Part shown: in pieces, positions 31,333 through 41,764 of the stretch | How positions within the stretch are numbered: position 1 is the stretch's first letter | Layout: every line of letters starts with the position of its first letter | Made by a program: the position numbers and the translations under genes | The notes under the pieces: model-generated | What the model saw: the letters and a program-made list of their open reading frames with translations, nothing else | Told to the model about the DNA's origin: nothing | Databases searched by the model: none | Source: Candidatus Poribacteria bacterium | Lineage (GTDB): Bacteria > Poribacteria > WGA-4E > WGA-3G | DNA: 64,000 nucleotides | NCBI GenBank assembly: GCA_965205025.1 | Contig: CBDBFU010000028.1 | Span: forward strand, 64,001 to 128,000 | Direction of reading: 5' to 3'

Positions 31333-33240
31333 ATGAAATATCTTAATTACCTATATATTACAATCGTTCTCTTATGTTTAAATCTATCCATAAATGAGAC
31401 ACATAGTCAATTAGATCCCCAATTGAATCTTCCTGATGGGGCAATTGCACGGATCGGGACCGGACGTGTATATGATATGGAGTATTTCCCTGATGGGACA
31501 AAACTTGCAGTTGGTAGTAGTATTGGAATTTGGATATATGATGTAAAAACTGGTGTGCCTCTTGACTTACTTAGAGGTCATACCGGACCTATAAATACAA
31601 TTATGTTTAGTCCCGATAAAAATACAATTGCTTCTGCAAGTGATGATAACACCGTAAGGTTATGGGACGCATATACTGGAAAACAATCTGAAACTCTATT
31701 TCAACATCCTGATGATGTTAATACAGTTGCATTCAGCATTGATGGATCAAAACTCGCTACTGGTGGGGATGATAATAGGGTCAGACTATGGGATAGACAT
31801 ACAGGTGAACTAATTTCTATTCAAGAAGGACATACAAGAGATATAAGTACAGTGATCTTTTCTCCAGATGGGAAATCGCTTGTAAGTGAGGCAGCACATA
31901 GTGACACCTACATTCGGATTTGGGATGCAGCTACTGGTGAATTTCTATCTGCAATTTACGAAAATGCTTGGGTAGAAGCTATTGACATATCTCCTGGTGG
32001 GAGTATTCTGGTTAGTGCAACAAGATCAGGAGAAGTGAATCTATGGGATCTAAATTCATCTCTCCTGCTTAGAACATGCGATATGAAGGATTTTGGTAAT
32101 GTAGTTATCAACAGTATAGAGTTCTCTCCTGATGGAAACACAGTTGTTGGTGGTGTCTATGGAGAAGCTTTATGTGTTTGGGATGTCTCCACTGGTGAAC
32201 TCAAAAAGGAAATTAATCCTATTGACTCTGTAACTGTATTTACACTTTCTCCAGATGGAAAAACTATAGCAATTGCAATGGAAGAGGGTCTCATACAGTT
32301 TTGGGATTTAACCACTAAAACACTAAATAAGACTATTCTTGGACATATACCAAGTGCTACATCTGTTGTTTGTTCTCCTAATAACAACATACTGGCATGT
32401 GGGAACAGTCTATATATAAACTTCTTTGATTTTGAAACAGGAAAACACATTAATAAAATTAGTGGACCTAATTCTACGCTTAGGTCAGTTGCATATTCAC
32501 CTAACGGAAAGATTATGGCAAGTGGTGGTGATTCAAATTATGTGCGTTTATGGGATGTCAAATCAGGAAGATTCCTTGGTTCTTTTAAAGGACATACACG
32601 AGATGTAAGCTCTATTGCTTTCTCACCTGATGGAAAGATACTTGCAAGTGCAAGTCAAGATAGAACTATAAGATTATGGGAAATTCGTTATGATGAACTC
32701 CTTATAATAGGTGATGAAATGAATAATCTTAAGGGACATACAGATTTTGTCTCTTGTGTTACTTTTTCGCCTAATGGACAGATACTTGCAAGTGGAGGTG
32801 AGGACAGTACAGTAAAGCTATGGGAGGTAAGCACTGGTAGACTCATAGATACCCTTGTTGGACATCCGGGTGATGTACGGAGTTTAGTGTTTACCCCAGA
32901 TGGACAGAAAATTGTGAGTGGAAGTTGGAGTACTAATTGGGATGGAACAGTTTGTTTGTGGGATAGCAAATCTGGTGAACTTCTTTCCTCACTACGTGGA
33001 GATATACCAAATATAGGTGTTGTCGCAGTTTCTCAAGATGGTTCTATGGTTTTCTATGGGAATGACGATACAATTGTCATTATGAATATGTCTAATGGTG
33101 ACATATTAAATACAATAAAGGGACATACGGATGTTATAAACAGTTTGGCTTTTTCAATAGATGGTCAGAAACTGGCAAGTGGGTGTAATGATGGTACGAT
33201 TCTAATTTGGGACTTATCACATTTTCTACTGAGTAAGTAA
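31333..33240 (+). CDS. Secreted WD40-repeat protein (paralog of 50913)
   Basis: Signal peptide, LPDGAIARIGTG cap, WD repeats. Confidence 0.92.
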   Translation: MKYLNYLYITIVLLCLNLSINETHSQLDPQLNLPDGAIARIGTGRVYDMEYFPDGTKLAVGSSIGIWIYDVKTGVPLDLLRGHTGPINTIMFSPDKNTIASASDDNTVRLWDAYTGKQSETLFQHPDDVNTVAFSIDGSKLATGGDDNRVRLWDRHTGELISIQEGHTRDISTVIFSPDGKSLVSEAAHSDTYIRIWDAATGEFLSAIYENAWVEAIDISPGGSILVSATRSGEVNLWDLNSSLLLRTCDMKDFGNVVINSIEFSPDGNTVVGGVYGEALCVWDVSTGELKKEINPIDSVTVFTLSPDGKTIAIAMEEGLIQFWDLTTKTLNKTILGHIPSATSVVCSPNNNILACGNSLYINFFDFETGKHINKISGPNSTLRSVAYSPNGKIMASGGDSNYVRLWDVKSGRFLGSFKGHTRDVSSIAFSPDGKILASASQDRTIRLWEIRYDELLIIGDEMNNLKGHTDFVSCVTFSPNGQILASGGEDSTVKLWEVSTGRLIDTLVGHPGDVRSLVFTPDGQKIVSGSWSTNWDGTVCLWDSKSGELLSSLRGDIPNIGVVAVSQDGSMVFYGNDDTIVIMNMSNGDILNTIKGHTDVINSLAFSIDGQKLASGCNDGTILIWDLSHFLLSK

Positions 33241-33336
33241 GATCGAATTATTGTAGAACTGTTGCTCAGTTTCTCTCGTGGATTGTTAGGCCTATTATTA
33301 AATGAATATAAATGAATTCGAAAAACGGAGATTAAA

Positions 33337-34071
33337 ATGAAGATACTTTACTTCATCACATTCCTGATTGCAATGCTGAATATGATATGTGGTAGTAATG
33401 ATAGAAACAATAATATTAATCAAAATAACAATCAGAATGTTGAAAATAAACCTAAAGAACTTCCTGCAGTTAAAGTACAAAACCCTCCTGTTATAGATGG
33501 AAAATTAACTGATGCTGCATGGAGAGATGCCCCACAAGGAACAGATTTTTTTGATAGAAATGCTGGTAATATCCAGGCGAAGGATCAGACAACCATAATG
33601 ATGGTATACACGGATGAAGCAATCTATGTTGCCTGGTATCTCTTCGATGAGAACCCAGATGAAATCGCTGCAAATGTTGAGCAGGACCAAGTACGTCCAT
33701 TCAATGAAGATTGGATTTCTTTCACTTTTGATCCGCTTCACACGCATCTATTTGATGACAGGATCTTTTTCATGTCCAACCCAAACGGAATCAAATTTGT
33801 AAGTCACCCACCTTTTGGTGTTCCTATGCAGGAAGTCGCTGAACTTTGGGATGTTGGCGCATCAATTGTCGCAGATGGTTGGATTGTTGAAATGGAAATT
33901 CCTTGGACAATGGTGCCTTATCCAAAAACAGATCAACCAATTACAATGGGGATAAATTTCGATAGAGGACATCATAGAACAGGTGCAAACACTTGGTGGT
34001 CAAAGGTCGAATTTAGAGAAGATGGTAGAAACGATGGACACTGGGTAAATGTCCTTCCTCCACAAGAATGA
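33337..34071 (+). CDS. Exported CBM9-like sugar-binding domain protein with Asn-rich linker
   Basis: Signal peptide; NDRNNNINQNNNQN; PPVIDGKLTDAAW, YVAW, WIVEMEIPW, MGINF.R. Confidence 0.7.
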   Translation: MKILYFITFLIAMLNMICGSNDRNNNINQNNNQNVENKPKELPAVKVQNPPVIDGKLTDAAWRDAPQGTDFFDRNAGNIQAKDQTTIMMVYTDEAIYVAWYLFDENPDEIAANVEQDQVRPFNEDWISFTFDPLHTHLFDDRIFFMSNPNGIKFVSHPPFGVPMQEVAELWDVGASIVADGWIVEMEIPWTMVPYPKTDQPITMGINFDRGHHRTGANTWWSKVEFREDGRNDGHWVNVLPPQE

Positions 34072-34199
34072 TCCTGTCTTCACAATAAAATGTGAGTATA
34101 AAGGCATCTGCAGAAAGAATACATACTCATTACACAATAGTAAGACTGATTGAAACAATGCCTAACAATCAGAAGTTCAAAAAATAATATGGAGCAGTC

Positions 34200-36029
34200 T
34201 TGATGAAAGGAATTTGTAGGATAACATATACCTCACTTACCATATTAATATTATCCATTTCAACTGCATATACATACAATGGAATAGAAGGTTATATTCC
34301 AGATGGTGCAATACAACGATTTGGAAAAGGATATGTATTCGATTTCGATTATTCTCCTGATGGTTCTCAACTTGCTGTAGCAAGTACGATCGGTATATGG
34401 CTATATGATGTGAAAACAAGAAAAGAGATAAGTTTTCTATCAAGACATACACATTTCGTAAACTCAATAGCCTTTAGTCCAAATGGTAACAATCTTGCCA
34501 GTGGTAGTAGTGGCAATACTATATTAGTTTGGAATGTGGAAGAAGGTGAAGTTATTACTACATTAAAAGGACATACTGATGAGGTATATTCCTTGGCTTT
34601 CACTCCTGATGGGAACATCTTAGTAAGTGGGGGTGAAGATGAGTTAATCAAAATATGGAATCTAAAAGACCGTAAAGCACCAATTACAATCCCGGGACAT
34701 ATTGATGGAGTTACATCTATTGCTATCTCTCCAGATGGGAATCTGTTTGCAAGTTCAGGTAGGTCTGTTCATCGTATTTCATTATGGAATTTGAAGAATG
34801 GGAAATTCATTAGATTTCTCTCAGGACATACAAAAGATATTAACTCAATTGCCTTTTTGTCTGATGGAACTACGCTTCTGAGTGGTAGTGACGATGGAAC
34901 TATTCGTTTTTGGAATACTATAGACGGAAATCAGTTGAAGACTTACGATGGGATCTCAGCAATTTTATCACCTGATGAAAATAGAATCGCAAGTTACACA
35001 AGTGACGGTTTTATAAAAATCTGGGATATTCAATCTGGTAATCTATTAGGTACAACGAAACCTGCCACCGAAAATGTCTATGATATGATGTTCTCACCTG
35101 ATGGACGCACAATTACAGCAAGTACAGGTTTGGAAATACATTTTTGGAATGTTGAAACCGGACACCTCATTGATACTATTAGCGGTTATTCCCAAGGAAT
35201 TGATTCCTTAAAATATACACATAACGGACAAACTCTTGTGACTGTTGATGACTATATTAAAATATGGGATCTTACAAATTCCAAACTACAGAAAAGCCTT
35301 TCCTTTCAAGAATCCGTTTCATCTATTTCGTTGGTACCAGATAACGACACACTTGCAATAGGAGATTATGACAATCTAATTTACCTATGGGATATGAATA
35401 CTGACATGAATAAAATCATTCTTAAAGGACATAAGGCAGGGATTGCATCAGTAGCTTTCAGTCCTGATGGAAAAATACTGGCAAGTTCCAGTTGGGATGA
35501 TTCAATTCGTTTATGGGATTCTATCACTGGTGAACACATTACTACTGTCACAGAAGAAGCGTTTAGTAGTAGAAATATAGAATTCTCAAAGGATGGAAAT
35601 AGTTTGGTATTTGTAAATAGAAATAGTAGTATAATATTTTGGAATTTAGATACTTGGAATATAGAAAAAGAAATAGATTTAGAGGATAATTACCCTTATT
35701 CTATGGCTCTTTCTGACAATGGTAAAACACTTGCTATTGGCTATGACAATGAGGAAGTCCATTTATTGGATGTATTAACGAATGAAATACTAAGAACAAT
35801 ACATACAACAGGACGGACTGATAAACTTGATTTCTCTCCAGATGGAAAAATACTTGCAGGGTGTGGTAGAGAAGTCTATTTATGGGATGTAAAAACAGGA
35901 AAATTAATTGATACACTAACAGGCCATACTAATCAAATCTTTACTATAGCATTTTCACCTGATGGAAAAACACTCGCCAGTGGTGGTTGGGATAGTACAA
36001 TAATCATTTGGGAAATCAAATTTAAATAA
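34200..36029 (+). CDS. Secreted WD40-repeat protein (paralog of 48855)
   Basis: Signal peptide, IPDGAIQRFGKG cap, WD repeats. Confidence 0.92.
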   Translation: MMKGICRITYTSLTILILSISTAYTYNGIEGYIPDGAIQRFGKGYVFDFDYSPDGSQLAVASTIGIWLYDVKTRKEISFLSRHTHFVNSIAFSPNGNNLASGSSGNTILVWNVEEGEVITTLKGHTDEVYSLAFTPDGNILVSGGEDELIKIWNLKDRKAPITIPGHIDGVTSIAISPDGNLFASSGRSVHRISLWNLKNGKFIRFLSGHTKDINSIAFLSDGTTLLSGSDDGTIRFWNTIDGNQLKTYDGISAILSPDENRIASYTSDGFIKIWDIQSGNLLGTTKPATENVYDMMFSPDGRTITASTGLEIHFWNVETGHLIDTISGYSQGIDSLKYTHNGQTLVTVDDYIKIWDLTNSKLQKSLSFQESVSSISLVPDNDTLAIGDYDNLIYLWDMNTDMNKIILKGHKAGIASVAFSPDGKILASSSWDDSIRLWDSITGEHITTVTEEAFSSRNIEFSKDGNSLVFVNRNSSIIFWNLDTWNIEKEIDLEDNYPYSMALSDNGKTLAIGYDNEEVHLLDVLTNEILRTIHTTGRTDKLDFSPDGKILAGCGREVYLWDVKTGKLIDTLTGHTNQIFTIAFSPDGKTLASGGWDSTIIIWEIKFK

Positions 36030-36071
36030 CACCTATATTCTAACGAAATAGCATAGGTAAGAAAACAACTT

Positions 36072-38156
36072 ATGGAAAACGTAAAAGATAAATCACTTCA
36101 GCAAAACAGTAAAGACATCCCTGGTACAACTGTGCTCTTTGAATTGGAATATGAAAACGAGAACTATAGGGCAAAAGCAAGAGGAAGCGGCTTTTTCATC
36201 GAATCTGACAAAATTGTGACGAATGTGCATGTTCTGGCAGGTGCTACAAAAATAACCACAAGACGCGTTGACACAGAACTATTTTACACCATTGAAGGGA
36301 TTGTAGCCTTTGACGATAAAAACGACCTTGCTATCCTTAAAATTGCAGAAGAAGATAAACCATTTATTATTGGTGACAGCAACACAGTTCGGAAAAGGGA
36401 CAAAGTATATGTGATTGGTTATCCAAACGGAAAAGAAACTTGTGTTGAGAGAACTGTTCACAGCATCCGAAATATTGGCAAACGTATCATATTTGACAAC
36501 AAACTTTCCGAAGGGAATAGTGGAGGTCCTGCACTAAACAATGATGGTGAAGTCATAGGGGTGGCAGAATCTGTAAGAATATCAATTGATAACAGCGGAC
36601 CGACTAAAGGTACAGCTATTTCCTCTAATGTACTTAAACTGCTACTGGACGAGGTAAGACAAGTGGAATCTATTGATGTGTGGCAAAAACGACCACATAT
36701 TCAAGCTTATACAATTGCTGATATGGGAAATGAAAAACGGGAAGAAGGTAAATATAAGGAAGCAATAGAACACTATAATACAGCCCTCAACCTCAACCCA
36801 CATTTAGGTGAAATATACCAGAATCGAGCAGTAGTTAAGATGACGTTAGGGAGATATAATGAAGCATTCGCTGATAGACGAACAAGTATCAGACTTAATC
36901 CTGAACAATTTAGTCTTACTGGCTATGGGGCATTTCTACAGCAGAAATGGGAGATACTTAAAGCCTATGGTTTTAGTCTTTTCCTGAGTATGTTATGTGG
37001 CGTATTTGGCAGGGTTAAATGGATAAACATCCAGGCTGTTTCAAAAGCTGCAACTGCTCAAATAAAAGTTGAACAAGGAAATATAAATGAAGCTCGAAAT
37101 CTCTACCAAATGGCGATTGAGGACAGTACTGAGGCAATCAAACTGAAACCGAAGTGGAGCAAAGCCTATAATTCACGAGGTTGGATAAAGTATCTTTTTG
37201 GAGAATTTGAAATTGAACATGGGAACTCATCCAAGGCACAAAAATTATTCAAAGATGCAGTAGTCGACGCTGATGAGGCACTTCAATTAGAATTAATAAA
37301 AGAAAAATTACGGTCTGCTTACTATCATACGCGGGGTGCTGCAAGAGATAGTCTTGGTGAGTATAGCGAAGCAATAGAAGATTTCAAAGAATCTATACGC
37401 TTAAATCCAAAGAAGGCTTTATTATACCGAGATCGGGGTTTAGCCAAAAACGCTCTCAAGCAATACGAAGATGCTCTCAAGGATTTTCAGAAAGCTATCC
37501 AATTGAGATCAAAAGAAGCTATTAACTACTATCATAGAGGTGTTACGCTAAATAGAATCGGACACTATAAAGAGGCTATTGAAGACTTAAATACTGCAAT
37601 TCAACTTGATCAAACGAATGCTAATTCCTACTATCAACGCGGTTTTGCCAAAGAAATGCTTGGGCAACAGGATAAAGCAAAAACTGACTATAAAGAAGTA
37701 TTAAAAATAAATCCAAATGAACCGAGTAAATCTCATAAATTGGGTATAGCCAAATGTAAAATACGCCAATACGAACAGGCGATTGACTATTTAAATAAAT
37801 CAATAAAGCTTGATCCGAAATTTTACAAGGGATATCTATGTCGAGGATGTATGAAACAGACCCTCGGACAAGACCAAGACGCGATAAAAGATTTTGATAT
37901 AGTACTCAGTCATAATCCAAAGAATGCAACCGCTTACAGAAATCGCGGAGTGGCAAAACGTAAACTCGGGGCGTATGAGGACGCCCTTGAGGATTTGAAT
38001 GAAGCTATCTGTCTTAAACCTGATGACGGTAAGGCTTACAACGCGCGGGGAAATACCTATAAAGCATTACAACTACATTCCGAAGCGGAAACTGACTTTG
38101 CAAAGGCAAAAGAACTTAAAGTTAAAGGAGAGATCTGTTTTTCATACAAAGTATAA
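36072..38156 (+). CDS. Trypsin-like serine protease fused to TPR repeats
   Basis: GSGFF, TNVHV (His), NDLA (Asp), GNSGGP (Ser), then many AY.NRG..A.L.P TPR units; no signal peptide. Confidence 0.9.
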   Translation: MENVKDKSLQQNSKDIPGTTVLFELEYENENYRAKARGSGFFIESDKIVTNVHVLAGATKITTRRVDTELFYTIEGIVAFDDKNDLAILKIAEEDKPFIIGDSNTVRKRDKVYVIGYPNGKETCVERTVHSIRNIGKRIIFDNKLSEGNSGGPALNNDGEVIGVAESVRISIDNSGPTKGTAISSNVLKLLLDEVRQVESIDVWQKRPHIQAYTIADMGNEKREEGKYKEAIEHYNTALNLNPHLGEIYQNRAVVKMTLGRYNEAFADRRTSIRLNPEQFSLTGYGAFLQQKWEILKAYGFSLFLSMLCGVFGRVKWINIQAVSKAATAQIKVEQGNINEARNLYQMAIEDSTEAIKLKPKWSKAYNSRGWIKYLFGEFEIEHGNSSKAQKLFKDAVVDADEALQLELIKEKLRSAYYHTRGAARDSLGEYSEAIEDFKESIRLNPKKALLYRDRGLAKNALKQYEDALKDFQKAIQLRSKEAINYYHRGVTLNRIGHYKEAIEDLNTAIQLDQTNANSYYQRGFAKEMLGQQDKAKTDYKEVLKINPNEPSKSHKLGIAKCKIRQYEQAIDYLNKSIKLDPKFYKGYLCRGCMKQTLGQDQDAIKDFDIVLSHNPKNATAYRNRGVAKRKLGAYEDALEDLNEAICLKPDDGKAYNARGNTYKALQLHSEAETDFAKAKELKVKGEICFSYKV

Positions 38157-38226
38157 CCCACCGAAAACAGAACGAAAGCTGAATAATCTACCTAAGAAAT
38201 TCTCTGAATCAACGGTATGAATGACA

Positions 38227-38567
38227 TATGAAGATTAATTTTTAAATTCGGTAATTTTGAAAAATATCCAGTGCGGTTGGGAAACCGCACTATAGGCGTC
38301 AATTTAAGGAGAAGTACGCTATAAATTTCAAGTCGGTAGGTTCGGTTTCCCGGGGAACGCCTAAAGGTGTTCATACCGTTGATTCACCGAACCGGGTTTG
38401 TTCCAATTGCGTTCATAAAGTTTTTCGCTAAGGATCCAGTGCGATTAGGAAATCGCACCTACCGGCCTGGGAAAACCACTAAATTGACGCCTATGGTGCG
38501 GTTGGGAAACCGCACCTACCGGGTTTGGGAAAATTAGAATTACCGATATATTTTCTTAAAATTCATA
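38227..38567. mobile_element. Nested MITE/REP composite element
   Basis: Outer imperfect TIRs ATGAAGATTAA..TCGGTAAT / ATTACCGA..AATTCAT; inner 15-bp TIRs ATAGGCGTCAATTTA (38292-38306, 38480-38494); several GTGCGGTTGGGAAACCGCAC hairpins. Confidence 0.75.
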
Positions 38568-38991
38568 AGTCATTCCCCGCCTACCGGTGCTATAAGAATA
38601 TTTATTTTGGAAGAATGAAGATAAAATACCTATTATCAAACTCCCGTTAGATGTATGGATAATGTAAATGAAAAAAATGTTAATATTTATTGTTCTGAGA
38701 TGATTGTACTTTCACGGAAACCTTCACGGAGCAATTTTACGAACCCTTATTCTATAAGGGTTTATAATTTTAATGATACCAATTCTTCGTGAATCACGAA
38801 TGTTAATATATTATTAACTAAGTATAAACTAAATGTATCTTTGGTTTTCCTCTGGTACCATTTCTATGAAGGTAAACAGACCATCGACAGAAATACACAG
38901 AACCCAAAATCCCTTCCTACCCGCACAGATTTTTAAACCTTTTTCCCCTATATCATACTCTATATATTAAAACCAACTCAGGATTCTAATC

Positions 38992-41745
38992 ATGCGGAAA
39001 AATATTGTTGCTATGAGTAAACTCACAGATGAAGAATTGATTCGACACGTCCAGAATAGAGATCAGGATGCATTTTCTGAACTCATTACACGATGGACAC
39101 CACGGATAAAGGGTGTAGTCAGATCGAATTCCAGACAAAGACTCGACGCAGAAGAAATACACACCGACATCTGGATCGCTGTATGGCAAAATATAATTCA
39201 TCTTAGAAATATAGAGAGTTTCGGGGCATGGCTACATCGTATCGCCCATAACGCATGTAAACGATATTACACATTAACAAGACAATCTCGAAATGAAATC
39301 CCACATGAACATTCTGTGATTGTTGAACAGATGGAACAACAGGCTGCAGCACGATATAGAGAGAGACAACTGATGACAGATATAAAAGAAGCGGTACATC
39401 ATCTACCACAAAAGGTACGTTCAGTTGCTGAATTGTACTACTTAGAATCGTGGCACATCAAAGAAATTGCTGTCGAGTGTAATTTACCTATTGGAACTGT
39501 TAAGACCAAATTAAAGGAAATCCGAACACTTCTACGAAAGGAATTTGATGCGGAAGTCATAAAAGGAGCACCTATGACATCAAAAATAGAGCAACCGAAA
39601 AACACACCTACAAAGACTCACACAGGTAAAACGTCAAAAAACAGAATACCTGCGATTTTTAATGTTAATCCGAATGATCCGACTGGTGAAAGTTGGGGAG
39701 CACCTGAAGGGTTGTTTGCACGGTTCGGCAAAGGGGAGTCTAAAAGTGTTAAACTTTCTCCCGATGGGTCATATTTTGCAATGTCGACTGTATTCGGTCT
39801 GTGGTGGTATGATGTCTCTACAATGAAACCGATCTCTCTATGGGATCACATTGGAAGATTTGCCGTTAATATCGACTTTTCTCCAGATGGCAAGTGGGTT
39901 ATCCTAAGTACTGTAGCTCCATCTGTCAAGGTTTTGGAGGTCGAAACGGGTGAAACCGTGTTTGAAATAGATGTTCAGAAATCGTATGCTCGTTTCGCTT
40001 GTTCGTCAAATGGGAAATGGCTGGCGGTTGCTGATCAGGAAGGACCTATCAGGGTGTTAGATGTCCATACGGGGGAACAGATCGCTCAGATGGATTGTGG
40101 AGAACACAAGTGGAAAACGAATGACATTAAGCAACTTACTTTCACACCGGATGGAACGATGCTTGCTGCAATAGTTGTGCATCACAAGAAATACTCAGAA
40201 GACAATGAAGTTTTGAAACCAGATGACGAAGATACTCAAATCTATGTTTGGGATCCGGAAACAGGCAAGCCAATTGTGAAGTTTTCAGGAAAAACGTTTG
40301 AGATTTCACAGGACAGTCGTCTCATAGCGGGTGCATCAACTGATGGCACCTTGATCGATGATGAATTACTTTATAGCGATGTAGTTGTGTGGGATATCGC
40401 CACCAGTGAACGAATTACCTACTTCACGGAACATAGTAATTGGATAAACTCAATCGCTTTTTCACCTTGCGGAAAATACATCGCATCAGTTGACGAAATT
40501 TTACTGGTTTGGGAGATCGCTACAGGTACAGTACAGAAGCTAATTCCCAATGTGGAGGATCCATTCTATTCAAACACCGGACAACTATTCGCTATAGAAT
40601 ACCCCAATAAAACAGACGAAGCACCAGGATTTACCAACTATACTTTGGATGTGTGGAATGTTGAGACAAACGAAAAAACACTTGAGGTCTGTTCGGGTGT
40701 TGGGGGTTATTGGTTTGCCTACGACATAGCGAAAGCATACACAAACCAATTGATTGCGTTGCCTGCTGATGAAAGCATTACCAATAAAAAAGTTAAAGAC
40801 AAAGCTACAACTAATACTCCTATTTTAAATGTGGTGCATGAGCTCGATTTCTATGACCCTGGACCTGAGATTGACTGGATTGATGACCATACCCTTGTAG
40901 CACTTTCTTATGATGGATTAGAATTCTTTGATATTGATAAGGTCCGTCATAAAAACACACACTATTTTTATGATTTTGTTAGCGGTTTTGTTGTAATGCC
41001 TTCAGGTGAGATCCGGGTTATACTTTGTCATCATGAGGAGCGTTATAAAACGTGGCGTGTTCGGACACACGATAAACTTATCACAAAAATCCCTTTGCCA
41101 GATGAAATCTATGATAGGAATTGTGGTCCCGAATTTTCACCGATGGGGGATCGGATTGCGGTTGGATGTGAGATGGGGAATATCTATGTATGGAATATTG
41201 CCGATCCTGAAAATCCGTTAGTGCTGAAGGGACATAAAGCTGATAGTGGTGTATCAACGTTTTCTCCAGATGGACAAAGGCTGATAAGTTATGCTCGGGA
41301 TGAGTCTCGGCGTGTGTGGGATTTAGAGTCTTGTCAGGAAATCAATAGGTTGGAAATAGACAATGCTATTGATCCTGTTGGGCTTGTCTACTCTCCGTGT
41401 GGTAAATTCATTGCTGCTGAGTTGAGTACTGAGATCCGCATTTGGGATGCAGAAAAGCTGACATCGTTGCGTTCTATCCCGCAACCGAAACCGCATTACT
41501 GGCGTACAACTCCGCTTGTGTTCTCTCCTTGTAGTCAATTCATTGCTGGTACGACGTGGTGGGAGGAAGGTTATGAAAATTTGGCTGTCCGTGTCTGGGA
41601 TGTAGAGACGTGTGAACAGGTCGCAGATTTACGTGGACATGGTGATTTGTTGGTGAGTCTTGCCTTTTCTCCGAACGGCAAACTGTTGTCTGCTGGCTGT
41701 ATAGATAAAACAATTGTGTTGTGGGACTTAAAACCGTATCTATAG
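38992..41745 (+). CDS. ECF sigma factor fused to cytoplasmic WD40 propeller (WDLKPYL subfamily)
   Basis: Sigma region 2 (DAEEIHTDIW, FGAWLHRIAHN) and region 4 (IKEIA..PIGTVK), then WD repeats; no TM segment. Confidence 0.9.
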   Translation: MRKNIVAMSKLTDEELIRHVQNRDQDAFSELITRWTPRIKGVVRSNSRQRLDAEEIHTDIWIAVWQNIIHLRNIESFGAWLHRIAHNACKRYYTLTRQSRNEIPHEHSVIVEQMEQQAAARYRERQLMTDIKEAVHHLPQKVRSVAELYYLESWHIKEIAVECNLPIGTVKTKLKEIRTLLRKEFDAEVIKGAPMTSKIEQPKNTPTKTHTGKTSKNRIPAIFNVNPNDPTGESWGAPEGLFARFGKGESKSVKLSPDGSYFAMSTVFGLWWYDVSTMKPISLWDHIGRFAVNIDFSPDGKWVILSTVAPSVKVLEVETGETVFEIDVQKSYARFACSSNGKWLAVADQEGPIRVLDVHTGEQIAQMDCGEHKWKTNDIKQLTFTPDGTMLAAIVVHHKKYSEDNEVLKPDDEDTQIYVWDPETGKPIVKFSGKTFEISQDSRLIAGASTDGTLIDDELLYSDVVVWDIATSERITYFTEHSNWINSIAFSPCGKYIASVDEILLVWEIATGTVQKLIPNVEDPFYSNTGQLFAIEYPNKTDEAPGFTNYTLDVWNVETNEKTLEVCSGVGGYWFAYDIAKAYTNQLIALPADESITNKKVKDKATTNTPILNVVHELDFYDPGPEIDWIDDHTLVALSYDGLEFFDIDKVRHKNTHYFYDFVSGFVVMPSGEIRVILCHHEERYKTWRVRTHDKLITKIPLPDEIYDRNCGPEFSPMGDRIAVGCEMGNIYVWNIADPENPLVLKGHKADSGVSTFSPDGQRLISYARDESRRVWDLESCQEINRLEIDNAIDPVGLVYSPCGKFIAAELSTEIRIWDAEKLTSLRSIPQPKPHYWRTTPLVFSPCSQFIAGTTWWEEGYENLAVRVWDVETCEQVADLRGHGDLLVSLAFSPNGKLLSAGCIDKTIVLWDLKPYL

Positions 41746-41764
41746 AAAATAAGGAGGAAACATA

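Noticed and set aside
38227-38567. Possible CRISPR array
   Set aside because: Repeats are irregularly spaced REP-like hairpins in mixed orientation, without uniform spacers or cas genes.
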